Positions 1 through 8,745 of a stretch of 50,762 nucleotides of DNA are shown here, piece by piece. Source of the DNA: Euryarchaeota archaeon UBA58. Its GTDB lineage: Archaea; Thermoplasmatota; Poseidoniia; Poseidoniales; Thalassarchaeaceae. How positions within the stretch are numbered: position 1 is the first letter of the stretch; every line of letters begins with the position of its first letter. A model generated the notes under the pieces. That model ran no database searches. It saw nothing but the letters and a program-made list of their open reading frames with translations, and had not been told where the DNA came from. The stretch is taken from NCBI GenBank assembly GCA_002498525.1, contig DAHR01000005.1, forward strand, positions 108,478 through 159,239. The letters run 5' to 3'. A program made the position numbers and the translations under genes.

Positions 1-350
1 ACAATCTGCACGTTATCGTTGTGGTCGACCTTGACGTCGGGGTGCCAAGCACGATGTGTGCCAGGATCTGAAATCTGCGTCTCATCGATGAGAACGTCAC
101 CCCTCGCATTGAGCATCTTGTAGTAGAGATGGTGTGTGTTTCGCGACCAGACGAAATGCGTATTACCCATCGAATCAGCGGCCATCGAGACCATTCTGTC
201 GTTGTGTGTTCCACCGTTAACGACTCGGATGGCGTCGGTCAGAACAATCTCGCTGCCCTTAGCAGATTCTGAGAATTCTATCGCTGCAAACGTACTCATC
301 AACATGATGAATACCATCGTTATGCTGTTCCTTACCTTCCTCGTCTCCAT
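1..350 (-). CDS. Secreted/surface protein, N-terminal part only (runs off the window start)
   Basis: Not in the ORF track. Read by hand from ATG at 350: METRKVRNSITMVFIMLMSTFAAIEFSESAKGSEIVLTDAIRVVNGG..., open to position 1. Basic-then-hydrophobic signal peptide; GGAGG SD 7 nt upstream. Confidence 0.75.
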   Translation of the reverse strand, partial: METRKVRNSITMVFIMLMSTFAAIEFSESAKGSEIVLTDAIRVVNGGTHNDRMVSMAADSMGNTHFVWSRNTHHLYYKMLNARGDVLIDETQISDPGTHRAWHPDVKVDHNDNVQI

Positions 351-466
351 ATCATAGCCTCCAGCATCAATGCTGCAACACAACAATTCGTCTGATTTCG
401 ATACTTAACCTCAACCCTCACACGTCACACGTGCGAGCAAGGCGTGGGCGGATGGATGAGTCGCGA

Positions 467-1102
467 TCAAGCCCATTCGTCAGGATCGAAGTCGGTGCCG
501 AATCCACCCGTCTCATCGGTGTGAATCGAGGGTGATTCGGTCACTTTGCTCCGAGATGCGCTGGCCCGTTCCCTCGTCTTCTTGGCAATCCAGTCATCGA
601 CCGGACCAGGCTTGCCGATTCCTTGCCCATAGGCGAATTTGATCTGGTGAATCAGTTCGAGTTTGGTCAGCCAGACTCGGCGCATGGTGTGCATGAATTC
701 GTTTTGTGACAGGCCGTCAAACCAGATCGGTCGTGAGAGATTGAAGGCTTGGAGAGGCCCAGGTGTATCTTCGCGTGCCTTGCCGACGTGAAGGACCCAG
801 TCAAGGTCTGCTCGCGTCAGTTGAACACGGGTCAGGTGAAGCCACCCCTCCCAGCCATCAGGATCGTCTTGAGCGTGCTGAGCCATCTCGTTCTGTTGGC
901 CTTCGTCGACGCGTGTGATCGAGTAGATCAGCACGAGGTTGCGGTTCTTTGGAATGACGATGTTGAACACATGGCCCTGTTTGGTTGGGGGGTACTTCAC
1001 ATGCAGGTGAATGATTGCCTGTGCGTCGGTGACTTCACGGGCTTCGAGCTTCTCGCTGGAGAGCCAATCTCGAATGGCGGCTGCGGCCTCCTTCGGATTC
1101 AT
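467..1102 (-). CDS. DUF2299-like conserved archaeal protein
   Basis: 211 aa ORF; the N-terminal pattern (IRDWL..E, H..V.YP, F.IVIPK) resembles DUF2299 by eye. Confidence 0.55.
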   Translation of the reverse strand: MNPKEAAAAIRDWLSSEKLEAREVTDAQAIIHLHVKYPPTKQGHVFNIVIPKNRNLVLIYSITRVDEGQQNEMAQHAQDDPDGWEGWLHLTRVQLTRADLDWVLHVGKAREDTPGPLQAFNLSRPIWFDGLSQNEFMHTMRRVWLTKLELIHQIKFAYGQGIGKPGPVDDWIAKKTRERASASRSKVTESPSIHTDETGGFGTDFDPDEWA

Positions 1103-1123
1103 GGGGACTCCTGTCGAACCGTC

Positions 1124-2614
1124 CTATTTGAGAGCGCCGAGGCGATAATCGATTGACTCTAGCAGTTCTGTCAATCGCTCACCGTCTTCGCTACGACTCA
1201 ACTTGACTCGTCTCGAGGCTGTTGCGTTGTCCGACCAGAGGTCGTATCCAAGTATACAGATTCGTGCTGCGATGTAGAACGCTAGGATGACGAGAACAAA
1301 GGCGGTGAAATCATCTAATGCAAGTATTCCATTGCCTGTCAGAGCGACGTATGAGAAGGCGATTGGCGGCCAGAAGAAGACTGGCGAGAACATCGCTGCC
1401 AGCATGTAGTAACTGGTTCTCGCATCGAGGCCTTCGTCGCTGCCGTCCGCCATGAATCTGGCCAACCCCCATTGGGCTCCAGATGAGGGAAGAACGATGG
1501 GGAGGGTGCTGATCATGAGCAGGGCGCCGAGAATGCCTTGAGCGCGCTCGCCCATCGATTTCGGCGAGAGCCGTCGGTTCTGTGCGAGCGCGGTGGCATC
1601 GAGGTCTCGAGAATGCAGGATTTCGGCAGCCTCCCTCGCCTCGTCAAGCAGAGAGTCTTGTGACGAGTCGCCGACAACATCTCTCACCTCTCGGTAGGCG
1701 TGAACCTCGTCTCTGAGTGTCTTCAGCGGCGTGTCCGCCTTGTTCGCACCCATGTGCGCGAGAAGTTTCCAGGCTCTCAGGGTCGGCCAATCTGGAGCAC
1801 TGGGGGTCAATGGCGAGAGTGCGTCGAAGATGCGGTTACGCAAAGCGATGGTGTCGTCGTGCGAGGGCTCGACCCATTCGCCAGCGGCGAGTCTTGTTCG
1901 GTCTTCGGCTGAATGTGTCGACGGGATCTCGATCGACTCGCCGAATTCGACGTAATGGTCGGTTCTGAGCCAATAATGCGTCCTCCAATGCAATCCCACA
2001 GTCTGGATGACTGGAGCTGGCAGCCCCTTCTCATCAGCGATTGCTGCCGCTGCCAGCGCGGATCTCGAAGAGCCAGTGCGCAGCGCATGGAGTCTGCAAT
2101 CCTGATGTGATTTCCCCTCCGGCATCACCACCCCAGAATGCCCTGCCGCTAGGCATGCGGCGACTGTGAGCATACTTCGATCGTTGATGTACCGAGCGAA
2201 TTGTGCATCGACGACTCCGGCTTCAATCTCGGCCCTCCGCAAAACTGGCTGTGTACCGAACTTCCTCGCCCACCAGCCGATCACCGGCCGAGTCGTCAGA
2301 TCGTGCCGACCCAGCGAAATGACTCTCTTCTTCTGCACGCGAGTGATGACCATCGGGTCGACGAGGCCGTTGATGTGGGTCGCGACATAGATCACACCGC
2401 CTTTGACGGGGGGAAGAGGATCTGCTTCCCAACGCCTGAAGATGGCTTGATTTCCGACCTCGAACATCACATCGAGCGCCCTCTGAACCCAGCGTTTACC
2501 AGGATGTCCACCAGAGTGATCGAATGGTGTCTTCTTCAACTTCGCTTGCTTCAATCGAGTCGCGCTGACCGATAATTCAGGCAGTACCTCAGGAGCGTTC
2601 AGCGAGTCCGTCAC
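1124..2614 (-). CDS. Glycerol-3-phosphate/lysophospholipid acyltransferase (PlsC superfamily) with C-terminal membrane helices
   Basis: Motifs THINGLVDP, PVLRR, MPEGKSH and C-terminal TM segments. Start moved to GTG 2614 to avoid overlap with the HIT gene. Confidence 0.8.
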   Translation of the reverse strand: MTDSLNAPEVLPELSVSATRLKQAKLKKTPFDHSGGHPGKRWVQRALDVMFEVGNQAIFRRWEADPLPPVKGGVIYVATHINGLVDPMVITRVQKKRVISLGRHDLTTRPVIGWWARKFGTQPVLRRAEIEAGVVDAQFARYINDRSMLTVAACLAAGHSGVVMPEGKSHQDCRLHALRTGSSRSALAAAAIADEKGLPAPVIQTVGLHWRTHYWLRTDHYVEFGESIEIPSTHSAEDRTRLAAGEWVEPSHDDTIALRNRIFDALSPLTPSAPDWPTLRAWKLLAHMGANKADTPLKTLRDEVHAYREVRDVVGDSSQDSLLDEAREAAEILHSRDLDATALAQNRRLSPKSMGERAQGILGALLMISTLPIVLPSSGAQWGLARFMADGSDEGLDARTSYYMLAAMFSPVFFWPPIAFSYVALTGNGILALDDFTAFVLVILAFYIAARICILGYDLWSDNATASRRVKLSRSEDGERLTELLESIDYRLGALK

Positions 2615-2690
2615 GATGCTTCGAGTGGGAAACAGGTTGAGAAGACACCGGCTCGCGACTCGTGCTGCATCTCGACTCCGAGAAGACCTC

Positions 2691-3116
2691 TCAGAGATGC
2701 GAGCGAATCCGCTCAGCCATCTCAGCACCATCTTCCTCGCTCAGGCTCGAGGAATTGATTGAGAAACTGAGGCCTCGTCCATCCCTGTGCTTCGGAATGA
2801 CGTGGAAATGCACGTGATCGACCGTCTGGCCAGCAGACTCACCATTGTTCTGAACGATGTTGTAGGAATCGACACCTGTCGCAGCAAGAATCGCTCGGCA
2901 GATCCGCGGCAATGCTCTACCGAGAGCCGCGGCGGACTCCTCGCTCATCGCGTCCAACGTGGCCGCCTCCTCTTTTGGTACGACAAGGGTGTGGCCGGGG
3001 GAGAAGGGGTTGATGTCGAGAAGAGCGAAGACGTGGTCATCCTCGTAGACCTTGTGACTGGGAATCTGTCCGCGGATGATCAGGGTGAAGATTGACGGCT
3101 CGGCGCTCATCCCCAT
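2691..3116 (-). CDS. HIT family nucleotide hydrolase
   Basis: Histidine triad HVHFHVIP; LDINPFSPGHTLVVPK; NNGESAGQTV. Confidence 0.93.
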   Translation of the reverse strand: MGMSAEPSIFTLIIRGQIPSHKVYEDDHVFALLDINPFSPGHTLVVPKEEAATLDAMSEESAAALGRALPRICRAILAATGVDSYNIVQNNGESAGQTVDHVHFHVIPKHRDGRGLSFSINSSSLSEEDGAEMAERIRSHL

Positions 3117-3119
3117 TCC

Positions 3120-4550
3120 TCATGCGTCGATTATCGAATCTGCAAGAGTAAGCATACCCTCGAGTTTCAATGCGGTCGCTAATTCCATGTTCATCACAGA
3201 GGTTCCATCGGTCACTCGGATGCCTGCTGCTGAAAGATTCGTAAGCGCCTGCTTAGCTGCCTTCAGAGATGATTCATCGCGGCTGCCGTTCACACTATTG
3301 CTCATGATGGAGATGAGGGTCGCAGCGGTTTGACCGACTGAGTGGCCCACACCATTCTGCAATGCCTCGATTCGATCTTGGGCTGCATTCTGCGCCTCGG
3401 ATACCAGAGAAGAACCGCCGAACGAGGCGTTCTGGACCCATTCTCCTGCGTGGGTACCGGCTGCTTGGCCACCGACTAAATCGTCGAGAAGGAGATTGCC
3501 GGAAAGTAAGCCGACACCGTGCACTCCGCTGTTTGCCGAGCGCCCAGCAGCGTAGAGCCCAGTCGCCCATCTGTTGCCTTCTTCGATGGTCACTCGGCCG
3601 TGCTCGTCGATTGGCGCACCGCCTGTTGTGGCTGCGATGGTCGCGGTGATAGGAACCACATCTCGATTGATGTCGAGACCGCTTCTATCCTTGATTCGCC
3701 TACGGGTCTGGCTGAACCAGACCTCGGCATCGGAGTTCAAGTTGCGCAGGTCGAGGATGCAATTGTCAACATCCACTTCAGAAAGTTCGACGTCGTCACC
3801 GGCGTTGTTGCGGACTCTCCCGCCAGAGCCGAGCAGGTCCAAGGAGAGATGAGTGTCTGTGCCCCTGATGGTCAGAGGGTGTCGGGGAAGATTAGCCATG
3901 CCACGCAGCGTGATACCGGCCGCGGCGGCCAGAGATGCTCCCTCGCCAGCACCATTGGACGGCGTCGACCAGATGCCTTGATGACCGTCGGTGGCGAGTA
4001 TGATGGCCTTGGTCTGTATGCCGACGATTTTTCCAGAATTGATGTCGAGTGCGCTGAGGCCACGAATCTGTCCATTATCCATGACCAGAGACATCGTCAT
4101 CAGATCCGTGCGTCGGCTGATGCCTCGCTTCATCGTCTGCTCCTCAAGGAGCCGAGTGACATTGCGGACCGTTGCATCACCACAGCCAGTCATTCGCGGA
4201 ACGCTGTGATCTGGAGTCTGACTAACATGCGGCAGGCCTCCTTCGCGACGGCGGAGCACGAGTCCCCAGCGCTCCAACTGAGCAAGTGTGTCCACGGCGG
4301 CACCACAGGTTCTGGCTGCGGCCACCTTGTCACATAACTCGCCACCAGCAGCGATGGTGTCTTCTCGGTGGCCGATGGAACTGACTTCATCGAGTGAAAC
4401 TGCTAATCCGGCGAGCCCAGGCGAGCCGCTGGCCGAGCCGACTCCGGCACCATCGAGAATGATAGGTACCGTGCCTGCATCGGCTGCCGCTATGGCTGCA
4501 CGCAGTGCGGCTGTCCCTGAACCGATGATCGCGAGGTCCCAAGATTCCAT
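3120..4550 (-). CDS. FAD-binding protein, divergent SdhA/FrdA/NadB family
   Basis: DLAIIGSGTAALRAA Rossmann motif, KAIILATDG, GLYAAG, GVHG..LSGN; start taken at MESWDL. Confidence 0.75.
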   Translation of the reverse strand: MESWDLAIIGSGTAALRAAIAAADAGTVPIILDGAGVGSASGSPGLAGLAVSLDEVSSIGHREDTIAAGGELCDKVAAARTCGAAVDTLAQLERWGLVLRRREGGLPHVSQTPDHSVPRMTGCGDATVRNVTRLLEEQTMKRGISRRTDLMTMSLVMDNGQIRGLSALDINSGKIVGIQTKAIILATDGHQGIWSTPSNGAGEGASLAAAAGITLRGMANLPRHPLTIRGTDTHLSLDLLGSGGRVRNNAGDDVELSEVDVDNCILDLRNLNSDAEVWFSQTRRRIKDRSGLDINRDVVPITATIAATTGGAPIDEHGRVTIEEGNRWATGLYAAGRSANSGVHGVGLLSGNLLLDDLVGGQAAGTHAGEWVQNASFGGSSLVSEAQNAAQDRIEALQNGVGHSVGQTAATLISIMSNSVNGSRDESSLKAAKQALTNLSAAGIRVTDGTSVMNMELATALKLEGMLTLADSIIDA

Positions 4551-4655
4551 GTTTCTCAGCCCTGCCGAACCTAGATGCTGACATGAACGTGACGCTCGGG
4601 ACCCTGTCCTGACCATGGGGCTTCTGAGGTCAGCGTTGCCGCGTTTCAGCGAGGT

Positions 4656-6122
4656 TCAATCCGCCAAGGAAAGGGCAATCCGCCGAACTTCGGAAGCAGC
4701 ATCCGACATACGGTGACCCATGCTCTCGGGCTGCATGCCTGATGCCAGAGTAGTCCTCACCACCGTTGAGGTCAGGGTCACCCCCTCCTCACTGCGCAGG
4801 GTCACTTGGACTGGGTGAGGGCCGGATGCAGAATCGGGCCAAGCGAGGCCTATCCAGAGGATGACCGATTCGTCGAGCAATTGGCCGAGGCTCTCGACGG
4901 TTCCGCTTCTATCCAACTCGACATCCAGAGGATGATGCGGTTGTATCGATGATTCTGCATATATCCTGAGAGTCTGGACCTCTGGCTCTCCCTCTGCTGC
5001 GAGGATCTCCACTTCGATGATTTGTGAGAGCGCCGAATGATTGTGTATCATCACGAAAAGATCGCCTTGACCCTGCCCACATCGAGGCGGTAGATCGAGA
5101 TCGAGGCGCCAAGCCTCCTCAGTCAAAGTAGGATCGCCTCGTATCGTCGAGTCTTGCAGCCGGTCAGTGAGTCGAAAGAGTCCCGGCTGCCAGGCTCGAG
5201 TATGAGCTAGTAATCTGCGCAGAGCAGAGATGTTGAAGATTGAATGATTCGAAATCAGACCATCGATCGCCGAGACCTTGAAGACTCGTTTGGTCTCACT
5301 CAGCAAACCGTTCTCATCGAGCAGCCCGAGGTGATTGAGATGCAGGGCCTGCAGCAGATGTTCGACGGCGGAAGCAGCGGACTGATCCGAACGAACATCC
5401 CCTGCAAGAGATTTCATCCAGACGTCCCAAGCACCTGCCGTCTCTGGATCCAGATGGGCGACCAGTAGATCCGTCATGACTCTGTCCAGTGCACTATCAT
5501 GCAGGGTTGGAGCGTGCAGGGAGAGAAGAGGGAACGAATTGGAGCGCATAGGCATCGATGATTCAAGACGAAACGAATTCAACGCGCAGACCAGCCCGAG
5601 CGACACCGTCGCTCCAAGCAGAATCGAAGCGAGAGTCGGCCCTGAATCAAGATTCCACAGAGATGTCAACGCCGCAGTTCCAAGAGCCGCAGACGATATT
5701 CGCACGCGCTCACGAACTCGGCGCTCGTCAAGCGTGTTGAGAATCCGCTCGACCCCCGGATAGGCATTCATCGAGCGTTGACCTCCGCCCCGAAGCAGGA
5801 GTCGGTCTCGCGCCGACATTCGAGCGAATGAGGCAGCCGCGAGAGTCGGAAGAAACGTCAGGGTGAGCAAGGCATGCACTCCTATGGCGACCTCGAAAGA
5901 CGCGTGCCGCCAGTCGATGAACAAGAGCAGGGCGGTGACGGGGGCGATTATCGAGAAGAGCAGACGAAGTTGAGGCAGAGGTGAGGTGGTGGCGAGTCTG
6001 GTCCAGAAGCGGCGTCCTGTATCCCGAGATCTGACTCTGCGACTCAATGCCTGTTCCTGCCGAAGATGCAGTTCACTCTGCTCCGCATAGGGAGTCGGAA
6101 GAGATTTGGCACCACCTTTCAC
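4656..6122 (-). CDS. Hypothetical membrane protein (about 4 N-terminal TM helices and a soluble C-terminal domain)
   Basis: 488 aa ORF filling the gap; hydrophobic segments in the first 190 aa; start uncertain. Confidence 0.65.
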   Translation of the reverse strand: MKGGAKSLPTPYAEQSELHLRQEQALSRRVRSRDTGRRFWTRLATTSPLPQLRLLFSIIAPVTALLLFIDWRHASFEVAIGVHALLTLTFLPTLAAASFARMSARDRLLLRGGGQRSMNAYPGVERILNTLDERRVRERVRISSAALGTAALTSLWNLDSGPTLASILLGATVSLGLVCALNSFRLESSMPMRSNSFPLLSLHAPTLHDSALDRVMTDLLVAHLDPETAGAWDVWMKSLAGDVRSDQSAASAVEHLLQALHLNHLGLLDENGLLSETKRVFKVSAIDGLISNHSIFNISALRRLLAHTRAWQPGLFRLTDRLQDSTIRGDPTLTEEAWRLDLDLPPRCGQGQGDLFVMIHNHSALSQIIEVEILAAEGEPEVQTLRIYAESSIQPHHPLDVELDRSGTVESLGQLLDESVILWIGLAWPDSASGPHPVQVTLRSEEGVTLTSTVVRTTLASGMQPESMGHRMSDAASEVRRIALSLAD

Positions 6123-6229
6123 AATCGCCGGACATCATTCTTGGCTTGATTGTCTCCCCCCTCTTGGGGCTCAAAGTGGTGTGTTGTGCGACCCTCACAT
6201 TTCTTTGGGGGAGTGTGGTCGCCAATGAC

Positions 6230-6307
6230 GGGCGCGTAGCATAGCCTGGATAATGCACCGGCCTCCTAAGCCGGGGACCGCGGGTTCGAATCCTGCCGCG
6301 CCCGCCA
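6230..6307 (+). tRNA. tRNA-Arg(CCT)
   Basis: Acceptor stem GGGCGCG/CGCGCCC, anticodon arm CCGGC-CTCCTAA-GCCGG, GGTTCGAATCC T arm, encoded CCA. Confidence 0.97.
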
Positions 6308-6349
6308 GAAATCACTACTCGACTAGGGTGCGGCTCGGATTCGGTGGAT

Positions 6350-7489
6350 TCAGCCGAAGGCTAGGCCATGACGGTGACCTGATTCTGCGACTTTGTGAAG
6401 GAAATTCTCGAATGGAATCCTCGCGTGGATCGAGGTGCGGATCTGAGTGTCGCAATCTGCGAGGAAGGTCAGCAATTCCTCACGTAGGTCGTCGGACAGT
6501 GAGAGACGGCGGCCGACGAGGACATCGTGGAGTTGAGCGATCAAATCATCCGCTTGCAGACCGTGGTCGTTCATCAGTCGGTCGACCTCGGCCAGAGCGC
6601 CGGCCAGAACCTTGGTCTTGCGGCCTCTGACGGTCTCCCAGCGCCATTCGACGACTCTTCCGCGCAGAGCAAGTTCGAGTAGGTGCCGGCCCGCCTGCAG
6701 AGTCGTCGCCTGAACCAATCGATGAACTGCGGAGCGATCTCTCGTGTAGCCACGCGCATCGAGCATCTCGAGGGTGAATATGGCCTTGCGAAGATTGCCC
6801 TCAGCGATGTACGCGACATCCCCCAGAACCCCCTGATCGACCTCGATTGATTCCGCTGTCGATATTCCTTCCATGGTGGTGATCACGACATCTCTCTCGG
6901 TGCCAGGGATTCGGATCATCCGAGTTCGCGATCTCAGCGCGTCGATCAGCCGAGATGGCGCCCGCGCGACGAGGATGAACCGCGAGGCGGAGCCCACAGT
7001 CTCCATCATCCGCCGCAAGTAGGCCTGCCTGATGCCACCAAGATGGTCTGCATCCTCGATGACGATGAGCCGGCTGACTGGTATTCGGCCGGGAGTGATC
7101 TCGATTTCGGTTCCGGCCGGCGCGACGTCGCCCTCAGCCGCAGTGATGATGCGACGGTCGTAAGCATCCAGACTCAATCTTCCAGCCAGTGTGTCGGCAG
7201 AACCGGCCCCGCCTGGCCGAAGGAATTCCTCGAATTTCGACATCGCCCCAGACTGGCGAACCAGATCTCGCGCCTGTAGAATGTGAGTCGTCGCCTGCCA
7301 GCCGGGACCGAGCATCTGGCGCGCGACCAAACGCCACGCAGTGGTCTTGCCAACCCCTGCCGGACCGGTGATGAGAAGATGGGGTGGTTCGGGCGCGAGG
7401 CTGGCACTCAGCAATGCATCTCTGACGGATTTGGGAACTGCCAATTCGTCGAAGGTGCGCGGTGCATGGATGCTGAGCCAACTCGCCAC
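6350..7489 (-). CDS. Replication factor C small-subunit-like clamp-loader AAA+ protein (divergent paralogue)
   Basis: N-terminal W...HAPRTFDEL, PHLLITGPAGVGKTT, Walker B-like IEDAD, AYLRRMME, ALRSRT, GNLRKAI. Confidence 0.8.
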   Translation of the reverse strand: MASWLSIHAPRTFDELAVPKSVRDALLSASLAPEPPHLLITGPAGVGKTTAWRLVARQMLGPGWQATTHILQARDLVRQSGAMSKFEEFLRPGGAGSADTLAGRLSLDAYDRRIITAAEGDVAPAGTEIEITPGRIPVSRLIVIEDADHLGGIRQAYLRRMMETVGSASRFILVARAPSRLIDALRSRTRMIRIPGTERDVVITTMEGISTAESIEVDQGVLGDVAYIAEGNLRKAIFTLEMLDARGYTRDRSAVHRLVQATTLQAGRHLLELALRGRVVEWRWETVRGRKTKVLAGALAEVDRLMNDHGLQADDLIAQLHDVLVGRRLSLSDDLREELLTFLADCDTQIRTSIHARIPFENFLHKVAESGHRHGLAFG

Positions 7490-7529
7490 GTCGAAGCGTG
7501 AATGTGGTGGGTCTTGAAGTCCGCGTACC

Positions 7530-7799
7530 TCAGCGAGCTTTCAGTATCTTGTAACCGCTGACCGAGCCTTCCTTGCGAGGTTTGACGAAGATGCGGTATC
7601 CACACTTGTGGCAGGATTTGCCCACAGCGCCGACCTCTATCCACTCGATGTGTCCACAGCGCAGACACTTGTAGCGGGTCTCCAGCGCATCCATTGGCGA
7701 GTCGCAGTGGTCGCAGGATACGTTGCCTTCACTGTCGTACGGCTTGCGGCCCGTGCGATTGCAGGAGCGGCACTTGTAGAGAGTCAGTCTGTTGACCAT
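7530..7799 (-). CDS. rpoP: RNA polymerase subunit Rpo12/RpoP with an extra N-terminal zinc ribbon
   Basis: The C-terminal half YKCLRCG...CHKCGYRIFVKPR...KILKAR is the Rpo12 signature. Confidence 0.8.
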   Translation of the reverse strand: MVNRLTLYKCRSCNRTGRKPYDSEGNVSCDHCDSPMDALETRYKCLRCGHIEWIEVGAVGKSCHKCGYRIFVKPRKEGSVSGYKILKAR

Positions 7800-7853
7800 T
7801 GAGCCGCCGACCTAGCAGCCCTTCTTCAACCTGCTCCCTGAGCAAAAAGGGCT

Positions 7854-8438
7854 CTAGCGAGCCCGACGGCAGATTTCCACAAAGTTCTCGAAAATCTTCG
7901 CGCCGTACTCCGAATCGTTGACTTCTGGATGGAATTGGAGGCCGAAGCGATCTTGTGATTTGTTCTCCATCGCTTGAACTCCACAGGATTCGCTGCTGGC
8001 TGTGACGCGGAATCCTGGGGGCGCTTCGATGACCTCGTCGTTATGACTCTCCCAGACTGTTTGGGATGTTGGCGTTTCGGCGAAGAGAGGACCCCCTCCC
8101 CCGAGCAATTCGATGGTTGCTGCACCGAATTCCGGTTTGGGCGCTTCACGGGCCCGCCCACCGTAGAATCCAGCCATGAATTGGTGCCCTGCACAGATAC
8201 CGAGGATCGGAATGTCCAGCCCGAGATAGGCTGCACAGTTGCCTAGTTCTCCGGTGAGACCTACGCGGGCTGCCCCTCCTGAGAGAACCAGACCGTCGAG
8301 TTCGCGGAGTTCGTCGAGTGGCGTGGTGTTGGAGAGAATCTGCGTGTCGACATCGAGGTAACGCAGCATCCGCCACTCGCGGTGTGTCCACTGACCGCCG
8401 TTGTCGATGACGTCGATGACGAGTCGGTCATCACTCAT
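7854..8438 (-). CDS. guaAA: GMP synthase glutamine amidotransferase subunit A
   Basis: IDNGGQWTHR, LSGG, PILGICAGHQ, WESHNDEV, GLQFHPEV (class I GATase Cys-His-Glu triad). Confidence 0.93.
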   Translation of the reverse strand: MSDDRLVIDVIDNGGQWTHREWRMLRYLDVDTQILSNTTPLDELRELDGLVLSGGAARVGLTGELGNCAAYLGLDIPILGICAGHQFMAGFYGGRAREAPKPEFGAATIELLGGGGPLFAETPTSQTVWESHNDEVIEAPPGFRVTASSESCGVQAMENKSQDRFGLQFHPEVNDSEYGAKIFENFVEICRRAR

Positions 8439-8549
8439 GTCGAAGTGGCGACGTCGGAGGATGATGAATGATGCCCCCTCGCTGACTCGAATGGCGAACT
8501 TAGACCCGCGAGCGATTGAAATACGGGACGGTTGTCGTGCCGCTTCACA

Positions 8550-8625
8550 GCCCTGATGGTGTAGTGGCCTATCATGCAGCCCTGTCGAGGCTGCGACCCG
8601 GGTTCAAATCCCGGTCGGGGCGCCA
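8550..8625 (+). tRNA. tRNA-Asp(GTC)
   Basis: Acceptor stem GCCCTGA/TCGGGGC, anticodon arm CAGCC-CTGTCGA-GGCTG, GGTTCAAATCC, encoded CCA. Confidence 0.97.
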
Positions 8626-8730
8626 ATTTCTACTATCTGCCCCGGCCTCACCAGTGCTGCTGAGTTCTGTTCTTCAGACATGCAAATCGTTGGAAATTGA
8701 TCGTTGACAATTGAATTGAGTCTGAAAGTT

Positions 8731-8744
8731 CCGGTCGGGCGCCA
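8731..8744 (+). repeat. Degenerate direct repeat of the tRNA-Asp 3' end (att-like)
   Basis: CCGGTCGGGCGCCA versus tRNA 8611-8625 CCGGTCGGGGCGCCA (one G deleted). Confidence 0.7.
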
Positions 8745-8745
8745 C

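Noticed and set aside
136-357. 73-aa + strand ORF
   Set aside because: Antisense shadow of the signal-peptide gene starting at 350 on the - strand, which has an SD
6073-6630. ORFs overlapping tRNA-Arg (similar ORFs overlap tRNA-Asp at 8435-8798)
   Set aside because: Spurious translations of tRNA genes
8461-8519. C/D-box sRNA-like pattern (ATGATGA...CTGA...ATGGCGA...TTGA)
   Set aside because: The terminal D box is imperfect, I recognised no rRNA or tRNA target, and the two end motifs sit where the guaAA (- strand) and tRNA-Asp TATA-like boxes are expected. A snoRNA scan could reopen it.
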